64,000 bases of DNA from an uncultured Prevotellaceae bacterium (lineage in GTDB: Bacteria; Bacteroidota; Bacteroidia; Bacteroidales; Bacteroidaceae), in NCBI GenBank assembly GCA_902795605.1, contig CADBLU010000065.1, forward strand, positions 2,157 through 66,156. The letters run 5' to 3'. The notes under the pieces are model-generated. The model saw only the letters and a list, made by a program, of their open reading frames with translations, did not search any database and was not told the origin of the DNA. The position numbers were made by a program, and so were the translations under genes. Within the stretch, counting starts at the first letter, position 1, and the number at the start of each line of letters is the position of its first letter. Positions 60,866 through 64,000 of the stretch are shown in pieces.

Positions 60866-62062
60866 ATGAAACTCACTGTCGTCATCGTCAATTACAATGT
60901 GAAGCATTATCTCTATCAGTGCCTTGAGAGTCTGTATAGGGCGCTCAAGGGGATAGAGGCGGAGGTGTTTGTCGTGGACAACCATTCCCGCGACGGCAGT
61001 GTCAACTATGTATCAAGGCGTTTTCCCAACGTCAATTATGTGGAGAGCAACCACAACCTCGGTTTTGCCCGTGCCAACAATATCGCCATCCGTGAGAGCG
61101 AGGGCGAGTATGTGTTGCTGCTCAATCCCGACACTTTCGTGGGAGAGAACACCATCCATCATGTGCTCGACTTTATGGAAAGCCACCCCGAGGCCGGAGG
61201 CGCCGGGGTGCAGATGCTGAAGTCTGACGGCACCAAGGCGATGGAGTCGCGTCGTGGATTGCCCACTCCCATGACTGCCTTCTACAAGATGGTGGGCCTG
61301 TGCCGCCGCTATCCGGAGCATAAGCGTTTCGCACATTATTATATGAGCTATCTGCCATGGGACGAGCCGGTGGAGATAGAGGTGATCAGCGGGGCTTTCT
61401 GCATGCTCAGGCGCTCGGCGCTGGATGCCGTGGGGCTTCTCGACGAGGATTTCTTCATGTATGGCGAGGACATCGACCTGTCCTACCGGCTCATCAAGGG
61501 CGGCTACCAGAATTGGTATCTCCCCGAGAGGATCCTCCACTATAAGGGTGAGAGCACTCAGAAGTCGTCGTTCAGATATGTGCATGTGTTCTACGAGGCG
61601 ATGCTCATCTTCTTCCGTAAACACTATGGTGGGTCGAGCCTGTGGCTCACCATTCCCATCAAGTTGGCCATCTATCTGAGGGCAACCCTGGCTCTTATCA
61701 ACATGCAGACGCGCAAGGTCCGCAAGGCCTTGGGCTTCTTCAGTCCCAGGCGGCGCAAGGAGCCCGACTACCTTTTCATCGGTTCGGTCTCTTCGATTGC
61801 CCAGTGTCGCAAACTGGCTCGTCGTAAAGGCCTTTTGGGAGAGTTTGTCGTGGGCAATGAGCGGAAGAATCCTGAAGGTCATCTGGAGGTGATTGGCGAC
61901 AGTGAGTCGCGCAACCTGAAATATGTGGTGTACGACATCGAGGCCTATTCTTTTGAGTCGGTTCTCAATATCTTCGCCCGTAGTCCGAGAGCCAATGTGA
62001 TGATCGGCACCTACAATCCACGCACCAAGACCATCATAACGGCAGAGGAGGTCTTGAAATGA
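60866..62062 (+). CDS. Glycosyltransferase family 2
   Basis: VVIVNYN, VVDNHS.DGS, LLNPD, FFMYGEDIDL, HYKGES. Confidence 0.9.
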   Translation: MKLTVVIVNYNVKHYLYQCLESLYRALKGIEAEVFVVDNHSRDGSVNYVSRRFPNVNYVESNHNLGFARANNIAIRESEGEYVLLLNPDTFVGENTIHHVLDFMESHPEAGGAGVQMLKSDGTKAMESRRGLPTPMTAFYKMVGLCRRYPEHKRFAHYYMSYLPWDEPVEIEVISGAFCMLRRSALDAVGLLDEDFFMYGEDIDLSYRLIKGGYQNWYLPERILHYKGESTQKSSFRYVHVFYEAMLIFFRKHYGGSSLWLTIPIKLAIYLRATLALINMQTRKVRKALGFFSPRRRKEPDYLFIGSVSSIAQCRKLARRKGLLGEFVVGNERKNPEGHLEVIGDSESRNLKYVVYDIEAYSFESVLNIFARSPRANVMIGTYNPRTKTIITAEEVLK

Positions 62063-62580
62063 AAGGTGACACCTGTGAGAGACGGCTAAGCCTGAGGGCA
62101 CTCGAACCCGAGGACCTGGATTTCCTCTATACAATAGAAAATGATGAGGATATGTGGGATATGGGCTGTGCCAATGTGCCTTATTCCCGGTATGCCTTGA
62201 GCAATTACATCCTCAGCGGCACATGCGACATCTATGCCGACAAGCAGATGCGCCTGCTCATGCAGGATGAGGAGGGCGCTCCCGTGGGGCTGCTCGACCT
62301 CTTCAATTTCGACCCTAAGCACCTGCGGGCAGAGGTGGGCATCGCCGTCGACAGGCATCGCCGTGACTTGGGCTATGGCCATGAGGCGCTGCTGCAGATA
62401 GAGAGATATGCCAGGCATACGCTTCATCTCCATCAACTCTATGCCATTGTCGTCTGCAGCAATGCCCGCTCGCTGACAATGTTCAGAAAGGCGGGTTTTG
62501 TGGATGGAGTTTTGCTGAAAGACTGGGTTTTTGATGGGAAAAACTATCAAGATGCCCTCGTAATGCAATTTTTCTTGTAA
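62059..62580 (+). CDS. GNAT/RimJ-like acetyltransferase
   Basis: LRALEPED, AEVGI, GYG.EAL, FRKAGF. Confidence 0.85.
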   Translation: MKGDTCERRLSLRALEPEDLDFLYTIENDEDMWDMGCANVPYSRYALSNYILSGTCDIYADKQMRLLMQDEEGAPVGLLDLFNFDPKHLRAEVGIAVDRHRRDLGYGHEALLQIERYARHTLHLHQLYAIVVCSNARSLTMFRKAGFVDGVLLKDWVFDGKNYQDALVMQFFL

Positions 62581-62595
62581 AAATATCGGCAAAAG

Positions 62596-62627
62596 TTTGG
62601 TGGTTTGACGGTTTTTTCATACCTTTG
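62596..62627 (+). promoter_or_regulatory. tRNA promoter
   Basis: TTTG (62596-62599), 20 nt, TACCTTTG (62620-62627). Confidence 0.7.
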
Positions 62628-62656
62628 CATCCGCAAATCAGCGCTACCAGTATTTT

Positions 62657-62730
62657 GGTGCGTTAGTTCAGTTGGTTAGAATGCCGGCCTGTCACGCCGG
62701 AGGTCACGGGTCCGAGTCCCGTACGCACCG
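62657..62730 (+). tRNA. tRNA-Asp(GTC)
   Basis: Acceptor GGTGCGT/ACGCACC, anticodon arm CCGGC-ctGTCac-GCCGG, T-arm ACGGG-TCCGAGT-CCCGT. Confidence 0.95.
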
Positions 62731-62733
62731 CAG

Positions 62734-62764
62734 AAGAAGGAAGCCTCAAGGGCTTCCTTCTTTG
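62734..62764 (+). terminator. Terminator after the tRNA
   Basis: AAGAAGGAAGCC-tcaag-GGCTTCCTTCTT followed by TT. Confidence 0.8.
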
Positions 62765-62889
62765 CGTATCAGGGGTGACAGGTCCCTTTTTTATCCCTCT
62801 TACACAGACACACTTTTGGGGACAGTATCAAGACACTTGCCTGTAATCGTTCATAATAATCACCTATAATCAAAGAATCCTAAAGGCCA

Positions 62890-63474
62890 TCAATATGGAT
62901 AGCATTTTGATGTTCTGTCTGCTTTCTCATCAATATCTATATACAAATCATCTTTCCAAACAAAGTGGAGATCAACCATTTCATTCTCTGACAAGGATTC
63001 GTCAGCGTTTTGTTTTTCATACACAACTTCAAGCTGACTTAACAAGTCCATCAATGGCATTGTTGCCAACATTCCCTCTTTATATCTATATATGAAAGCA
63101 GTTAATTCCACACAGACTGTTTCTTTTGGTTGGATGTTGAATTTATCGTAACTCCCTATTTGCACTACCCAGACAGGGATTTCATCAGAATGGTTGATCA
63201 TGACTTTAAAACGAGATGAGCAAATGGAGTCGTACAAATATGTCTCGAAAGGCAATGATATGATCCTCCGCGATGTATTTGTTAAAGTGCATCCTAAACG
63301 TATCCTTCTTGGATACGGGGTAAAGCCACTTACAAAGTCATCATCATTATAAGGCATATTGTCTCTTACATTTTCGATGGCACATTCCAATGTTAATGGC
63401 TCATCATTGATCCTACACCCGAATATCATCAGCAAAGAGGCTGAGAGTAGTCCCATCCCTATTTTTCGTATCAT
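62890..63474 (-). CDS. Hypothetical lipoprotein, AT-rich
   Basis: MIRKIGMGLLSASLLMIFGC signal; start could be 63474, 63480 or 63492. Confidence 0.7.
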   Translation of the reverse strand: MIRKIGMGLLSASLLMIFGCRINDEPLTLECAIENVRDNMPYNDDDFVSGFTPYPRRIRLGCTLTNTSRRIISLPFETYLYDSICSSRFKVMINHSDEIPVWVVQIGSYDKFNIQPKETVCVELTAFIYRYKEGMLATMPLMDLLSQLEVVYEKQNADESLSENEMVDLHFVWKDDLYIDIDEKADRTSKCYPY

Positions 63475-63641
63475 ATTCATACGAATCATCATGCCGTTAA
63501 TATATTTAGTTTATTTATAAAAATTCTCAAAGTGATTCTTGAAATCCGGAGTCGTTAACATCCAAGAAGGATGGGATTTTTGTAATATTACAATACTGTC
63601 TGGAGAACCAGACTTATGCACAAACCCCCTCTTATAATGCC

Positions 63642-64000
63642 CTAAATATCGTGAACCCCTAACAAATTTTGAACATTGGAAACAGTAGAAAGATATTCTT
63701 TGTATCGAGAGTCATTTATATTGATAAATGCTGTGAGTTTCTGCTTATTCTGATATTCTCCAATTTCTGCAAATGCATTAGTATTATAAGAGGCATCATT
63801 GTACCAATCAATAAATTCATACCAATTTAGATCTTTTTGGAAAACCGCAGTAGAAACGCTGCTGTTATGCAAATCTTCAATATCAACATCATCCATTTTT
63901 GATAATATATCAGTGAAAATTCTTGAATAAGCTTCTGCTGTAAGGGTCAAATCTTTAACAGGATATCCTTCCCGATATATTAATGTAGTATTCTCATAAT
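63642..64000 (-). CDS. C-terminal part of an AT-rich hypothetical protein (continues beyond window)
   Basis: Frame is open to the window edge (...YENTTLIYREGYPVKDLTLTAEAY...VHDI*). Confidence 0.65.
   Translation of the reverse strand, partial: YENTTLIYREGYPVKDLTLTAEAYSRIFTDILSKMDDVDIEDLHNSSVSTAVFQKDLNWYEFIDWYNDASYNTNAFAEIGEYQNKQKLTAFININDSRYKEYLSTVSNVQNLLGVHDI

Noticed and set aside
61013-62134. 373-aa minus-strand ORF
   Set aside because: Antisense to the GT2 gene; no domain features.

Overview
Chromosomal, almost entirely core-genome segment of a Bacteroidales bacterium. It is most likely Prevotellaceae, judged from gene content, gene order and TTTG-N20-TAnnTTTG promoters. In order it holds: a rearranged L-rhamnose cluster (rhaA-rhaT><rhaD-araC); an APH-kinase/RapZ-C fusion plus nucleotidyltransferase (AmgK/MurU-like); guaA; an orphan islet with repeats; amidase-sbcD-sbcC-dnaB; an SGNH esterase; leuA-leuC-leuD-cimA-leuB; nudC, a 5'-nucleotidase and tamB; nqrABCDEF; a DUF2490-like barrel plus CotH; maeB and xseB; an envelope cluster (barrel, lptC, CNNM/CBS, ppiD); two GHL10 hydrolases flanking exonuclease/dnaN/DUF3127; cstA split by one amber codon; recR, GT2, GNAT; and tRNA-Asp followed by an AT-rich island edge. 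I found no integrase, transposase, phage, CRISPR or defence module, and I cannot support a clearly new multi-gene system. The best-supported unannotated element is a complete Ile/Leu-rich leader-peptide attenuator (promoter, 27-aa ORF, antiterminator, terminator) upstream of the leu/cim operon. Other leads are a GTAG-footed REP-like hairpin family with compensatory changes, one doublet of which encloses a nested repeat array; a dispersed octamer repeat family; the RapZ-C fused kinase; and an SSB-like tail on DUF3127. All product calls come from recognising motifs by eye; no database search was run.
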